Below are positions 46,500 through 60,624 of a stretch of DNA of 64,000 nucleotides, in pieces; the first letter of the stretch is position 1, and every line of letters starts with the position of its first letter. The stretch is from Nemertoderma westbladi. Taxonomy: Eukaryota > Animalia > Xenacoelomorpha. The notes beneath the pieces are model-generated. The model saw nothing but the letters and a program-made list of their open reading frames with translations. It searched no databases and was not told the origin of the DNA. The DNA lies in contig JAUCBJ010007936.1 in assembly GCA_032718475.1 (NCBI GenBank), positions 124,001-188,000 of the forward strand, in the 5' to 3' direction. The position numbers were made by a program, and so were the translations under genes.

Positions 46500-49017
46500 A
46501 AATTTTAACATATTTTGGAGAGTTTAGTCTTACAATTGACATATTTGTACATAAAAAATGGATGGTATAATAATTAGTGCAGCATCTTGTTGTGATGTTC
46601 ACTGTAGTAACCCTGAACATTTAAGCAGTCTTAAAATATCTTACGACCAAGTTATTGGTGCTATTAAATCTAGTGTAGATAAGTATATCCCTACTTCTAA
46701 GTGTAGTTATAACAGTAGGACTACTAATGCTGTTCCCGGTTGGAACGAGTTTGTTAAAGAAAAATATGAAGCGGCGCAGGAGGCCTTTCATATATGGTGT
46801 GAGCAGGGGCGACCGAGATTCGGTTTTATTTGGGACGTGAAACGGCGTGCAACCGCGCAGTTCAAATTGGCCCTGCGTAATTGTCGTCGGTCTGTGCAGT
46901 CTATCAGAGACGACAAATTAGCTCAGTCTTTTATTGATAGTAAAAACGATTTTTGGAGTTCAGTGCGATCGCGAAATAACGCGAAAATTAAACGTTCCAA
47001 TAATGTTGGTGGTGCTAATTCCGAACCGGAAATAGCTGATCTTTTTAAGAGTAGTTATGAGCATATCTTTAACTCAGTGCCGTGTAAGGATGATGATTTT
47101 GTCTACGTGAAAGGTGTGTTTGATAATTGGGATGGTTCTAATTATGTGCATATTACTCCGTCTATGGTTTATGAGGCGGTTCAGAGTCTTTCTAAAGGAA
47201 AGGCTGCAGGTCCGGATGGGATTTTTCCAGAAAGTTTAATATTTGCAGGGCCGCGTTTGTCAGTAATGTTAGCCCTATTATTTAATGCTTTTTTGGTTCA
47301 TGGTTATTTGCCTAATAGCTTTATTACTTCTAGTATTTTACCTGTAATTAAAAATAAGAATGCTAGTTATTCTGATTTCACTAATTACAGACCTATAGCT
47401 GTTGCTAACGCGATATCGAAAGTATTTGAGGCATGTATACTGCCTTTTATCAAGGGTCGTGCTAAGTGTACTGATAATCAATTCGGTTTTCAGTCAGCTC
47501 TAGGCACTGAAATGTGTATTTTTGCGTTAAAAGAAACTGTTCATTTATATGTCAGTCGAGAATCTCCAGTGTATTCGGCGTTCTTAGATGCGTCTAAGGC
47601 GTTTGACCGGGTAAATCATTTTAAATTGTTTAGACAGCTATTGGATATTAATGTACCGGTTTCAATTGTGCGTATTCTTTCCTTTTGGTATTCAAATCAA
47701 TATATTTTTGTAAGATGGGGAAGTGCTTCCTCGGATGTCTTCACTGTTACTAATGGTGTACGACAGGGGAGCCTTCTCAGCCCTGTTCTCTTTAATATCT
47801 ATATGACGGAATTAAGTAGACGCTTGAACGACTCTTTTGTTGGTTGCAAAGTAGGTTCCATTATTATTAATAATCTTTTTTATGCAGACGATCTATGTTT
47901 ATTATCCCCTAGCATTTTTGGTCTACGTAAGTTAATTGCTATTTGTGAAAAGTTTGGGGTGGAATTTGATATTGAATTTAACCCGCTTAAATCTCACTGT
48001 ATGTATTTTCTTCCTTATAGAATTAACCGTGCTGGTGATGTATATCTTTGTGGTAAACCATTACATTGTGTTAAGGAGGTTAATTACCTTGGGCATACAA
48101 TTACTTGCGATCTAAGCGATGAATCAGATATGAAACGTATAATGTGCTCAATGTATTGTAGGGGTAACCAGATTGCTAGATTATTTTCGAATTGTTCATA
48201 TGATGTAAAGTTAACCTTATTTAGATCCTACTGTTACAGCATGTACTGTTGCTCACTCTGGTCTATATTTCGTGTTGAGAATTTGCGCAAGGTTAAGGTA
48301 GCTTATAATACTGCTTTTAGATCACTTTTCAAATATTCTAGAACTGAGGACGCTAGTGAAATTTTTGTAAATAATAGGATCAATACTTTTAGGGCTATGC
48401 AGAGAAGTAATATTTTTTCTTTGCTACGACGTATTGATATTTCACAAAACATCATTATTCGTGTAATTGCTAACGTTTCTCCTCTCTCGGTGTTGCGTAA
48501 GAGGTGGTTAGTGGTGCTTGGGGTAACCTAATTTTCTGATTTTGTGTTTTATGTAAAATTTTTTGAATTTTTTTCCGCTGTAAAATCTTTTGAATATTTT
48601 TTCGTTGTAAAAATTATTGAATTTTTATTCTACTTAAACTACATTATTTTTGTGTTTTATTCTTAGTCTATCTTTTATATAAACTATTGTCATTGTAAAG
48701 AGTGAATAACTTTCGTGCAGTTCTTAGAATTAATATTTTCTCCTTACTTAGCCGTACTGCTAACTTTGAGAACTCAATCATGCCTGTATCTCAATCACTA
48801 ATTCTTTATTACATTGTCATTGGAACATTGTTCTTGGTGCTGTTTAATATTGCAATATTTGATTGGTAATTCCCCGTTAAATGTTTCTCCTTTGTATTGA
48901 TTTAATGTAAACTTGAATGAACTACTTACTTAATATTATTATGTGTGCTAATAAATAGGTGTCGTGTAGGTACAATGGGCCTTGGCCCGATGAATTAAAT
49001 AATAATAATAATAATAA
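46500..49017 (+). mobile_element. 5'-truncated non-LTR retrotransposon (clade uncertain) with intact RT portion
   Basis: ORF 46558-48531; AT-rich 3' UTR; (AAT)n tail ~48998-49017. Left boundary approximate. Confidence 0.85.
46558..48531 (+). CDS. LINE reverse transcriptase (657 aa, endonuclease missing)
   Basis: KAAGPDG, NYRPIA, NQFGF, FLDASKAFDRVNH, GVRQGSLLSP, FYADDL, YLG. Confidence 0.92.
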   Translation: MDGIIISAASCCDVHCSNPEHLSSLKISYDQVIGAIKSSVDKYIPTSKCSYNSRTTNAVPGWNEFVKEKYEAAQEAFHIWCEQGRPRFGFIWDVKRRATAQFKLALRNCRRSVQSIRDDKLAQSFIDSKNDFWSSVRSRNNAKIKRSNNVGGANSEPEIADLFKSSYEHIFNSVPCKDDDFVYVKGVFDNWDGSNYVHITPSMVYEAVQSLSKGKAAGPDGIFPESLIFAGPRLSVMLALLFNAFLVHGYLPNSFITSSILPVIKNKNASYSDFTNYRPIAVANAISKVFEACILPFIKGRAKCTDNQFGFQSALGTEMCIFALKETVHLYVSRESPVYSAFLDASKAFDRVNHFKLFRQLLDINVPVSIVRILSFWYSNQYIFVRWGSASSDVFTVTNGVRQGSLLSPVLFNIYMTELSRRLNDSFVGCKVGSIIINNLFYADDLCLLSPSIFGLRKLIAICEKFGVEFDIEFNPLKSHCMYFLPYRINRAGDVYLCGKPLHCVKEVNYLGHTITCDLSDESDMKRIMCSMYCRGNQIARLFSNCSYDVKLTLFRSYCYSMYCCSLWSIFRVENLRKVKVAYNTAFRSLFKYSRTEDASEIFVNNRINTFRAMQRSNIFSLLRRIDISQNIIIRVIANVSPLSVLRKRWLVVLGVT

Positions 49018-49359
49018 TTAGTATGTGTGATTTTCAGTCAGTCTGTCAGTCTATGTGTCCAACAATTTTTTTAACATCTTGAACTTTTCCGAACTATTAA
49101 ATTCCCAAGAGTGTGTGTTTGTTCAGTTAGTGGTTAGTAAGTGTTTGTTAGTAAAATGAATAGAAAAATGCTGATCTGCTCACCATAGCTATTCAATTTT
49201 ATTGCATCTGCTAAATGTTCAGCAGAAAACTAAACCAACACACTACCGGAAAACGATACCAACAGACCAATGCAAAAAATAAACTCTATAAAATCATAAA
49301 ACATAGGCATGGATAATATCAATGAACTCAACCAGCAGTCACTGACTCACTATGACTCA

Positions 49360-51198
49360 CTATGAGTGAGAAGATTGACAGTTTTGACATATAACCTGTC
49401 TTTGGACAGTTGAATGGGTTTTACAAACTGAATTCTTGCAAGTATCACAGCAATCTCGAGTGGATGAACGACCTTGTGCACCACTACACAGTTTACACTT
49501 TCGTGGACCAGATGATATCGATCCAATGGCTACTTTTCGTTGGTAACCGAGCATTAGAGCTGCTTGTCGAGATATAACAGGAGTACAATCAAGATCTACT
49601 CGTCTCTTTAGCTCTTCATCTGCAAGCGTAAGCGCCAGTGTCTTTAGGAATGAGCTACGGGAATCCTCATATCCAACCTTATCTAGAAGGAGAAATCCGT
49701 TTAGAGCAACGATGTCAATCATGTTCATAAATATGACAACAGGCCAACGATTGGTCTTTCGTTTGCATGTGAAGTGGCTAATCCTCTCATCCATAATGTC
49801 GACGCCATACTTAGTCATATTGTAATCTTCAACAACCTTAGGTGTCTTCTTAGCATTATCATCAACCTCAAATCGATTATGGCTGCTACTTAGCAAATTT
49901 ACTATCTTGTTTTTTTTTGGCTTTGTATGAGCACAAGAGAACATTGAACTCGTTGTTGTAGGCGAACATGCTAGAATTTAATTCACGACCTTTCAACTTA
50001 TTGAGCTCAGCAGGTTTCTCACGTCGGTTTGCCTTCGTAGTTCTGAGAAGCGTCATGTCTACCTTCTTCAGACGCTGTGCGAGCTCAAGCGAGGTGAAAT
50101 AATTGTCTGTTGTGATGTTTCTGCCAGTGCCATGGTAGGGGATGGTTAATAACATCACAACGTCAGTGGCTAAGCCCACATGGACTGAGTCTCCCTCCTT
50201 ACCCCCATAAATGAATCCTCGCAATGCAAATCCGGAAGAAGCTTCATATAACCAGAAGATCTTAGTGCCGAATTTCTTTGGTTTTTGTGGCATATAAGCC
50301 CTCCCTGGAACTCGACCTCTAAATCCAAGTAATTGCTCATCAACAGTAAGATGAGCTTCTGGGATGATATGTTTTTCAGTTGTTCTTGCAGCATTTCCCA
50401 AACCTCTCTAATGGCTGCAAATTTATCGTTATCTGCCGATTTCCTCTGATCTTGGGTTGATTTGTCATCGAAACGGAGGCACTCCAGAAACAGGTAGAAC
50501 GGCTTATAGCCATGGCTGCCTTAAATAATGGTGGACCATGAATTGGGTGCCACAAATCTCTTGGTGACAACTACGGTATACACCGCCATGATCAGTATTC
50601 CTATACCAGCCTTCATTTCACCAAATGAAAATTGTCTAAACTTGCGAGACTTTACCCTGGCTAGTATCTTTCCCTTTTCATTTGTCTGACGAAGAACAAT
50701 GTATAAAATTTCCCTGGTCATGAATTGCATGAAACCATCAATTTCTGATTTCGGTTTGTTCAAAACAGTTGCTGAAAATCGAATGACATCTGCTTGTTGC
50801 CGTCGAACTGGAGCAGGCTCTATATCTGAATAAACTGTTCCATCCTTTGATCGGTATGTGGCATCATCAACAGCCATTATGGTTTCATCAGAGGAATCTG
50901 ATCCATATCCCGTGTTGTAGGCTGTCAGTAGGTTGTCACTTACATCCGAATCCCCCGATTCCTCAGTAAGTTCATAGTCACTGTCACTCAAAACAGTCAC
51001 AGAATCATCATCAATGCTATTAGGGCCACCCTCACTAAGAGCTTCACAATCTCCATCATAATTGTCCTCTTCGTCTTCAAACATATCTAGATCTACGTGA
51101 TGCAAATTTCTCAGCTGTTGAGGCTGTTGTGACATTGATGGTTCAGAATCAATTTCTCCAAACAGTTGGTGTGCTAATGCAGAGTTGTAAGCAGCCAT
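49360..51198 (-). pseudogene. piggyBac transposase (PGBD-like), frameshifted
   Basis: Acidic N-terminus; LTVDEQL..FRGR, KPKKFG.K, TDNYFTS, YN.TK.GVD..D, RWP; C-terminal Cys-rich domain. TTAA termini not located. Confidence 0.9.
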
Positions 51199-52359
51199 AT
51201 TTTGATGCGAAACTAAACGAGTACTGTATCATAAAATATAATATTCACAAAATTAAAATCGTTGGAAACAAAGAAAAATATAATACAGAGTACGAGTACG
51301 TCTATTACCGGTACCTGATACTCTGTTTTATAACGGAATTGTTTCCAAATATAAATCACCTTAGTGTGACTCGATATAGTTACGGTCCTGTAGAGTAATT
51401 CAATTGGTTATTCAACATAGCTCAGACACCAGTAATAAGAGCTGCCCAGCTATCAGCCATCCCACTATATATGGTAAAGTTTAGTGTAAAACGCACTCTT
51501 TATATCATTAATTTGTGTTGTCTCTAGCCTTTTGCCCCAGCCAGTCAGCTAGCCTAGAGTACATGAAATCTAATCAGTGAACAGATTTAGAGGAAAATTT
51601 AACTAGATTCATAAGGAATATTCATGACTACATTTGTAGTCTAAGTATGCAATAGAGGTAAAACCACGTTTTTTCGGGCGCTTCGTATTTAAATATTGTG
51701 TAAGGAATGGATTAAATGAAAGTTTGATATATATTGAACAGCTAGATGGCGTTTCAAGTATTTTGGACAACCTTCATCTATCAACATTTTCACCGCAAAG
51801 ATACCTACTATGTAGATAACTATGTAGATACTATATAGATAACTACGGTGTTAAGCCTACTACGACGGTACGGTACTGACAAAGGAAGAAAATGATGTAC
51901 ATATAGTACACTGACCTACATAGATATTATGACGTGGCGGGTTCAGGCAAGATGAGAATGACATTGTATCTGTACGGGCCGTATCAGATGTGTACAGTCA
52001 AGGAGGAATCGACCAATGGTTAGTGTTAACGCTCATCATGAGGGTCTGAGGATGAGTGCGTGATTCGAAGTGAAATATAACGGCAGAAAGTCTGGTATTC
52101 TTCACATGGGCCTTTCTAAGGATCTAACCATTTTTCCAATTAATTTAAATTATGTTTTCGCAATATTTGTTAATGAAATTACGTGTTCAATGTCTATTGA
52201 TTGTTATCTTGTTGATTATTGATGTCTATTGATATTGTTGTATAAATTAAAAAAATATATGTTGATTTTACGTATTCTTTATTTTATAAATCCTAATGCG
52301 GCCGTCAGGCCGTTTTGATCTACTGTAAACTGTCGTATGATATTTTAATGGATGTTTAA

Positions 52360-54848
52360 CAAGGACTGCTATACTACAGGACTGGCACACTGAATATCCA
52401 GACCCCGCTAGCGGGGTCCATTAGTTCCCTTCTAATATGGCTCCGAAATAGATGCAAATTTGTTAAATTTTCAATTTTCTCCCACAGATAATTGTTATTT
52501 ATTCTTCATATGTGTTTATGACGAACCTAGCTACCTCAAACCTGCCTCGCTGCCTGCTTTAACGTTTGAGGCTGATATAATTATTGCTAAGCCAGTGATA
52601 GTCCATATACCATAATACTGTATGGTAGTAATCGTGCTCGTGCACTATGCATAATAAATTCAGACACCACCGGCACCGCCCACTACTCTCGCCACCAGCC
52701 CAGCCCAATACATTAATTAAACATCTTAGTGGGGCGAGCCACGTAGTGGTTGAAGCTTTACCGTACAGATTTCATAATGTTGACATTCTTGTGATCTGCA
52801 ATTTAAGATTATAAATTTTAACACGCAAAATGAATATTAAATAACGATTAGAAAATTTATTTATTTCCAGCAGCTGCTATTGCAATCTGCAATGGTTTTC
52901 ATATGTATAAATTGCCGGCAGTGTAGGTAGACACACTCGATTCAAAATAACAACAGCAATTGGCCCTTAAAAGGGGCATTTGGGTTGAGTTGTATTACAG
53001 TATGTGACATGTGTCTGTAGGCATATTGAATTATCAAAATTAATTACAATTAAATTAATAGATAGTCGAATAGTCAATCTTCACTACAGAAGATTAATGT
53101 CCTTTATCCAGACCGGCAATGCGGAGAAATTTCCTGTTGGTTCCGTGACCTTCGGAAGATCGCTTTTCAGAGCACATCATGCTGGAGCGTTTCTGCATTC
53201 CGTTTAACAGTGTGTTCGCAAGGGTGGTATTCAATATCCTTTACAGTAATTGACTGGTTAGAACCGGTCATACCACGCAGACATCCGAACTCACCCTCTA
53301 AGCGATCTTGGGAAACTGTTCCAGTAAGAAAGTATGTGAACCCGCTGCTTAAAAGGTAGCGAGAAAGGTCTATCATACCGGCCGTCGACTGGCACAGCGC
53401 CCTGTGGGTATCTGTCGTAAGACTCCGTATGCGACGGACACCAATACCGCGAGGTAACGAGCGAAATTCCTCCACTAAGCCCTTCAGCGACTCGATGGCA
53501 GCACAGTCGGATGATGTTATGGCAGGATTCGGCAGCAGGCGTACCAGCTGGTAAGCTGTTCTTTGCTTTACGAATGGCCGTTTCTATGAGCAAATCACTG
53601 GTGACTCCCTGTTTTAGCGATCTTATCTTCCTTTCGCATGGAAGAATAGCAATCTGCCGCAGTATACTATATGGCAGACGCGGGTAGCCCTGAACAGCCA
53701 GTAGATAATCCGACTGTGAGTAACACTTCGAACCGCTACAATGCAGCTGCAACTGATGGGATATAAACTCCAGCTGGGTTTTGTATTTATAATCAGAGCT
53801 GGAGGCGATAGCGTCATCAATCAACTCTCGGGCTTTCAGCAGCAAGTTCTCGGTCGTTCCTACCACGCTTCGTTTAACTGCGACAATAACCTCCAACAGC
53901 TGGGACCAGCGAATGAGCTGCGCGTTAGGAGCGAGGCAATAGTTGAGCGATATACGTTTGTTAGTAGGATTAAACGCAGTAACATAGATATCACTGCAGA
54001 GAAGCTGCCTCGTTTCAATACATATTTTGCCAGCGTAGGAATCGCTGACAAAAACATACAGCATAACAGCATAATGAAATCAGCAGTTATCTTAACAAAT
54101 ATATCGACGGATTCAACACGAACATTGTTGCGAATCCACGTTTCGACATCGCCACGGAAGATATCGAACCCGCCAATTACATCCCGGCGGTTTAGCGATT
54201 GAACCTGTCACTCTTCGATCGGTGGCTCCACTCGTAACTTCCATGGTGGCGGAGGAACACAGGATGCTGGAACCCCAGGAAAGAAGAATGGCGGGATAAT
54301 CGGCCGCAACGCTCCTCCTGGGAACCTTCCGATGAGGGATATCCTGCGGGAATCCTGGCCAATGTCGTATACAAAGAACAGCATCGGCGCTATACTTTAT
54401 GGGCGATCCATCAGGAGCAGACTGCTTTGGAAGAGCAGCAATCCATTGCTGACGTTCCACGCCGAATGGGAGCTTGACAGTTCGTACAGTTCTTCCCTCG
54501 TATTTGCCATCGCATCCATACACACAACAGTGTTTCCCCATTCCAGTTTATAACCGGAATAATCTGATATTACTGTGATGTGTGTTAAAACTACCGTAGC
54601 TACCGATACTAAGCTGCAGCCTGTCAGGGTCAGCCTGTAGTTATGTTAAACCTTTTTAACATTACTAAATAATAAATATTAAATTCTGTACATAAATATA
54701 AATCCACTGATTTAAAAAAGTACATAAGTAATTGGGTTGATTACACAGTTGTACAGCCAGACAGCAGTACTGGAATTCTGCAACTAATGGACCCCGCTAG
54801 CAGGGTCTGGATATTCAGTGTGCCAGTCCTGTAGTATAGCAGTCCTTG
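52360..54848 (-). mobile_element. Internally deleted P-element-family DNA transposon
   Basis: ~67-bp TIRs CAAGGACTGCTATACTACAGG.../...CCTGTAGTATAGCAGTCCTTG; 8-bp TSD ATGTTTAA/ATGTGTAA; THAP-like MGKHCCVYGC...W...C.RHW (54113-54541); YFLTGTVSQDRLEGEFGCLR (53167-53475). Confidence 0.88.
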
Positions 54849-55981
54849 ATGTGTAACTTTAACTTCTTCTTTCTTTTATCCGCGACGCAATAAAATATAA
54901 CTGTAACCGTAGCCTATTGACTTTCGTCTATTATAAGCAATATAACCACTACACCAAGGTGGGCTCTGAACCAAGGTGGGACAAGTGTCAGATACCGTCA
55001 GATCAGATCAGATAAGGACAGACGTTTTAGCCATCCTAGATTGGGATGGGACCAAGACGTACTAAATGCCAAGTATATAATATGCCTTGGATGGGATGGT
55101 TGTTTAGTGGGATGTGACTGAGTGACGGAAAAATTAAAACAAACAAATTTACGGACTGGTCCCCCAGAATGAAAATTACAAGTACCAGTAGCACAAAAAT
55201 ATTAACTGTTAAATTTTGGCACTGGTTTTGTAATTCTGAATTCTAAACTGGTTTTCAAGGTCACAGATCACGATACAACTCGTTAAAAATCATTCATGGC
55301 ACCTTAACTATCATTTTTGGGCTTGTCTGGTGGGACGAAAAATACAAGTAGCAAAATATTTCAAATAGCAAAAATATAACTTGGTTGGATAATACGATAT
55401 TTTTGAATGTCATATTCGGAGACAGGGGGGGGGGGGGACTGGACGCAAAACCCGCCTTGGCGAATTAATATCCTGCATCAATGTTAAATTCGCGATAGAG
55501 GGAAAGGAGCAGCAGGTTACAGTGGCACGTTATTTTAACCAAAACAATAAACTAAACACAATAGAACAGGTTACAGTTTTATTTTTGAGAGTAATCAGCT
55601 GTTATTTGCGTTGAATTTCCCCTGGGGAGGGATGAATTTTTATTGCGTCCAGTTTCCCCCCCTATCTGCATATTCGTTATCAGCATCCCAGAAAACCCAT
55701 AAGGGCAATTCTACGAAAAGGTCACCACCACTACCAAAAATTTAATTGAATCCACTATACATAAGATGGGTTTTAAAGTAATGTTGATACCCCAAATTGT
55801 TAGAAAAAAATACACTGACCCCAATATTTTTACATAATTGCAAAAAAAATTGGTACTTTATATGATGTAAAATATAAAGCTGTAAATCATACAGAAATTT
55901 CATTCAAATAGTTTTGCACTTATTTATATATATATATTTAACAATAAGCCTAGCGTTATTTAGGCACCAAATAAAATTAAG

Positions 55982-56373
55982 GATAATACTATTCATTAAG
56001 CGATATTTGCACTTATTTATACCTTATGGGGAGAAGGAACACCTGAAACAACCAATTCATGATAGAAACACGAATGTAGTAACAGTATGGAAGCTTTGGT
56101 TACTTCATATATAAGGTACCATGTTCAACTGTGCAATTGTAATAAACCAAGCCCAAAAATTACGTCCGTTACGAAAAGATAATACTATTCATTAAGCGAT
56201 ATTTGCACTTATTTATACCTTATGGGGAGAAGGAACACCTGAAACAACCAATTCATGATAGAAACACGAATGTAGTAACAGTATGGAAGCTTTGGTTACT
56301 TCATATATAAGGTACCATGTTCAACTGTGCAATTGTAATAATCCAAGCCCAAAAATTACGTCCGTTACGAAAA
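55982..56373. repeat. Direct tandem duplication of a 196-bp segment
   Basis: 55982-56177 is repeated almost exactly at 56178-56373. Confidence 0.9.
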
Positions 56374-56903
56374 AAGTAAAAATTTTTAAAGTACAGGGGG
56401 AAAGGTTGATGTATTTAACTCATTGCTTTTAGTGCAAAGCAGAATTATTGTCTAGTAACTTGAGACAAAAAATTAACATCAATACAGCATGACTTTGGTG
56501 TGTATTTGTTGTAACGGACGTAACTAATGTAGAATATGTGTAAATTGAGGAAATTCATCCAGTAACAATTACCAGTTCTGTGGTGTCTTTAGAGGTTATT
56601 TTAAGACTTTTAAATGCAAATTAAGTTCATCAGAACGTTTTCTTATGGAATTTAAACACATGACAGTCCATTCTGAATTTGAAAGTATTCCGTATAGGTA
56701 CCAGAAGAAGGGTTTGGTTATATAGAGCAGTAGCTATCTCTAAGAGCCTGTACTGGTGGTACCACCTAACAGACGGACAGAGAAATTGAAAGTATTTCAT
56801 TTTTTCCATACTACTGGTTTCTTTAAACACCTCTAACAGTCAGCATACTGTAGTACTGTATACAGTAATAAGACATTGATTATTTTATTTATGAGATATT
56901 CCT

Positions 56904-58905
56904 ATGGGTAAGGCGGCTAAAATACGTATGAAGGAGATGAGAGAGCGAATAAAGAGCTGCCCTATACGGCATGAAACTGCAAAGTTAAAAGATAGTCTAA
57001 GAAAAGCCAAGGAGAGAAAGATAAAACACGATAAAATTAGTGAGCTGGAATTGAATCTCCATAGAGCCAAAGAATGTAAACGTGTAACAGAATATAAGAG
57101 AAAGAAGCGGGTTGAGGCACATGGTAGTGGCTTAGCAATAATAAAGTACCCAAAACGTGCTTACAAAAATAAACAAGCATTAGGGAAAGCAGTGAAACGA
57201 TTACAGCAGTCTTTGCCCCAATCCCCACGCAAAAAAAGCAACTTTCTGCGATTTTGGCGAAGGAATGTGGGCTAAGGAATAAGTTGTTCGATAAAAATAT
57301 AATTAAATCGCGTTTGGACCAAGTATCAAGAGGTAGATGGATTTTTTAGACAAGACAACATTAGTAGGATGGCTCCTGGAATTAAAGATAAGGTAATCTT
57401 AAAGGGACATGGGAAAAAGATAGTGAAACAGAAAAGTTATCTTGTAGATAAGCTTCAAGAGTCATATGCAATTTACTTAGAAGAATATCCTTGGAGGAAG
57501 ATTGGATTTAGTACATTTGCCAGCCTCCGGCCTGCTGATGGTCTTCTCAGTAAATCGGTTCCAGTTGATGTCTGTCTTTGTCAGCTGCATGAGAACTTTA
57601 TTGCCCTGGTTAGGGCAATTTGGCCACTTAATCAATACAGTCATACCTGGATACATTATAACATAGTTTGTAATCCGAGTACAGAATCTTGCTTTCAGAG
57701 CACATGTATTAACTGTAAGTTTAATATAAACAACCTGATTGAAGACATCCCGCTGAATGTTTAGGATATCACGTTCATGCTATGGGAAAAGTCGGAGGAA
57801 GATCGACTTGTTAAACTAAAGAAAACAATGTCACTGGAGGATGGGCTGATTCTGGTGAAGGAGTTACTTCCTCAATTCTTGAAACATTTCTATATTAAAC
57901 GAAACCAAGAGAAGAGATATTTAGAAGATAAAGCTAGTGCATCACCCTCAAGAAGTCATTCAAATTGACTTCTCAGAGAATTATACCTGCTTTTACCAGA
58001 GGGAGATCCAGTCCGCCCATTGGAACCAAACTCAGTTGACAGTCTTCACAGCTTGTGTTTGGAAGGGAGATGTAGAAAGTCCTCACAATTATGCATTGGT
58101 CAGCAATAATTTAACCCATGACAAGTGCACTGCCATCAGCTACCTTTGTAGAGTGATAGATAAGCATATTCAGGGTCTCATGGAACTCTCCATTTGGTTT
58201 GATGGACCATCGAGCCAATTTAAAAATAGATACATTGTGGAACTGCTACCACAGATAGTAGCTCACTACAATCTAAATAAGCTGGAATGGAATTATTTTC
58301 CTACATCATATGGGAAGGGTCCTGTTGATGGAATAGGGGCTAGCATAAAGCAAATGGTCCGACAACAGGTTATCAGTGGCCAAGGAGATATTACTGTTCG
58401 AGATGCAGAAAGTTATGTGAAGGTAGCGGAAAAATATCCTTCCAAAGTTAAGGTAATTGAAGACAATGGAACACCCTCTATCGACTATTCAGATTTGGAT
58501 AGTGCCTCTGCCGTGCCTGGAATAATGTCAAAACATTACATTGAAGTTAGTGGAAAGAAAATGTCACTGTTGGATATGACACCCCCAAGACAGAATCAGT
58601 TTCAGACATACAACCTCCAAAATCGCAGTCAACAGCAAGCTCCAAGATCACAATATGTCCCAGGCGATTATGTATCCGTGGCCTATCCAATAGAGGGTAA
58701 GAAATCATATCAAATATTTGTTGGATGCATAGTTGAAGTAATGAACTGTGACCTATCAGTGCAGTTCTTTAAGAAACAACAGGCATTCTTCACAATTAAA
58801 GAAGGATTCAATTGATTCCGAAAATCTGGGTTAAGAATAAACTTCCACACCCTTCTGTTAACTCTAGGGGTCATTACTTCTTTGGAGATGGACTGAAAAT
58901 TTAGT
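56904..58905 (+). pseudogene. Sola2-type DDE transposase, frameshifted
   Basis: IGFSTFASLRP, C.C.LHEN, QIDFSENY, EIQSAHW, DGPSSQFKN, SYGKGPVDGIG. Element probably ends at ...CCATGGAATGGCCC 59467; left TIR not found. Confidence 0.75.
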
Positions 58906-60624
58906 TAAATTATTACTAATTTAATTTAATTTAATAATTTAATAACTAAATATTTAATAATAAAAAATATTTATTCTGATAAGTAATGGGTTTGCACACA
59001 TGTATGTTTTTAGATGAAAACCATCATTTTGCACAAAATTAACAGTAATGCTATATAACTTAATCGCACAGTTACGTCCGTTACAAATGATGGTTACATC
59101 CGTTACGAAAATCAATTACAAACTGCACGAACACCATTGGTCAGCAGCCCTAAATAGCTTTATTTATAAGTTCAGCATCTAATCTGTTATCAATACTAAG
59201 CAGGGTTTGGCAGTACATTCCCACAATTCGCACGAATAGTGATGAGAACAAGACTACCTCATACATCGCATTTTGTGTGATTACGTCCGTTACAGGTGTA
59301 TTAACTTGCCCTACAAGCAATTATTAAATAATAATCTGGGGTATTTACATTATAGTACCAGTTGTACAGCAACTCCCTACAAATTATTAATAAAAAATAT
59401 GCAGTGCTGTTCACAGTGGAGGCCTTTAAACTCTGTGATAGTTACGTCCGTTACCATGGAATGGCCCATAATGTCTAAAAATCAGGTTGATTATGAAATG
59501 ATTTTTGATTATCAAATTTGTGTTACCGGTACTTGTATTTTTCATTTTCATGCTGCACATTGACACATATCCAAAAATTCCCTAAACAACAATGTACAAT
59601 ATATTTCAGTGTCATATTCGTGATTAGCATCGCAAAACCCCATATGGTCATAAAATCAATTTGATTTTGTGGTGATTTTTCATTATCATATTTGCACTAC
59701 TTGTTTTTTTCGTGCCCCATAAACAATAATCTATCTATACTAACTCTTCAGTCATTCACCTTATTAGACATTCAGCTGTACTGGTCAGATTAATAGTGCT
59801 TTATTATATATATGTGGTGCAGGGTTTATTGATTATCTTTTTAGATCATTATTATTATTTATCAGAATACTATTTGCATTATTGTTAATGGCGCAGTGTG
59901 TAGGATGTCTTTTCTGATAATAATTCTTACAAAATAAATTAATTATTTAATTAAATTAAATTAAATTTATTTATTATTTATTTGAATATTATGCGGATAA
60001 TATATTATTCCCAATGGCGACCATTTCAATCGATTGTCCACGAGATGAATGCACGTACAGTACTCCAAACCTGCCCCCTGAATTAGCGGTTGAAGTACTA
60101 AAAATTCACTCTGGGGGACACGCCCAAAACACAGGGTCAGTGGCATGCAAACCTGAAAAAATGCATCGTCCAATAGCGACCTTGAAGATGTCTGAAACGA
60201 CTTGGAGGGACTTCCTATCGCTTCCTACCATTAACTGATGTTGTCATTAAGGCTGAAGCAGAGGAACAAGGTAGGTTAGCCCAGCCTATATTGACAAAAG
60301 ATATAACAGTTAGCAATACCACAACCGTTAATGCACACAAGTCAGACTATAAGCATATGAAAAGCCAATGTCAAACCCCCCCAAATCAAAACGGTCCAAG
60401 ACTTGAACTGAAATGTACATATTGTGGGCAGCAGGGTCATGGAAGATTCCCAGGTGCGAAATCCCGATCTGAGAATTGTCCATAAAAAGTGTCTGGGTTG
60501 TAGCAAAAAAGGACACATTAAGTCAGTCTGCCGGAACAGGAGACAAGAACATGTCAAAGTGTCAAATATCGATTTGACCGATGATGAGGCAGATGACGCA
60601 TGTTTCATGTTACTCCCTACCGTA

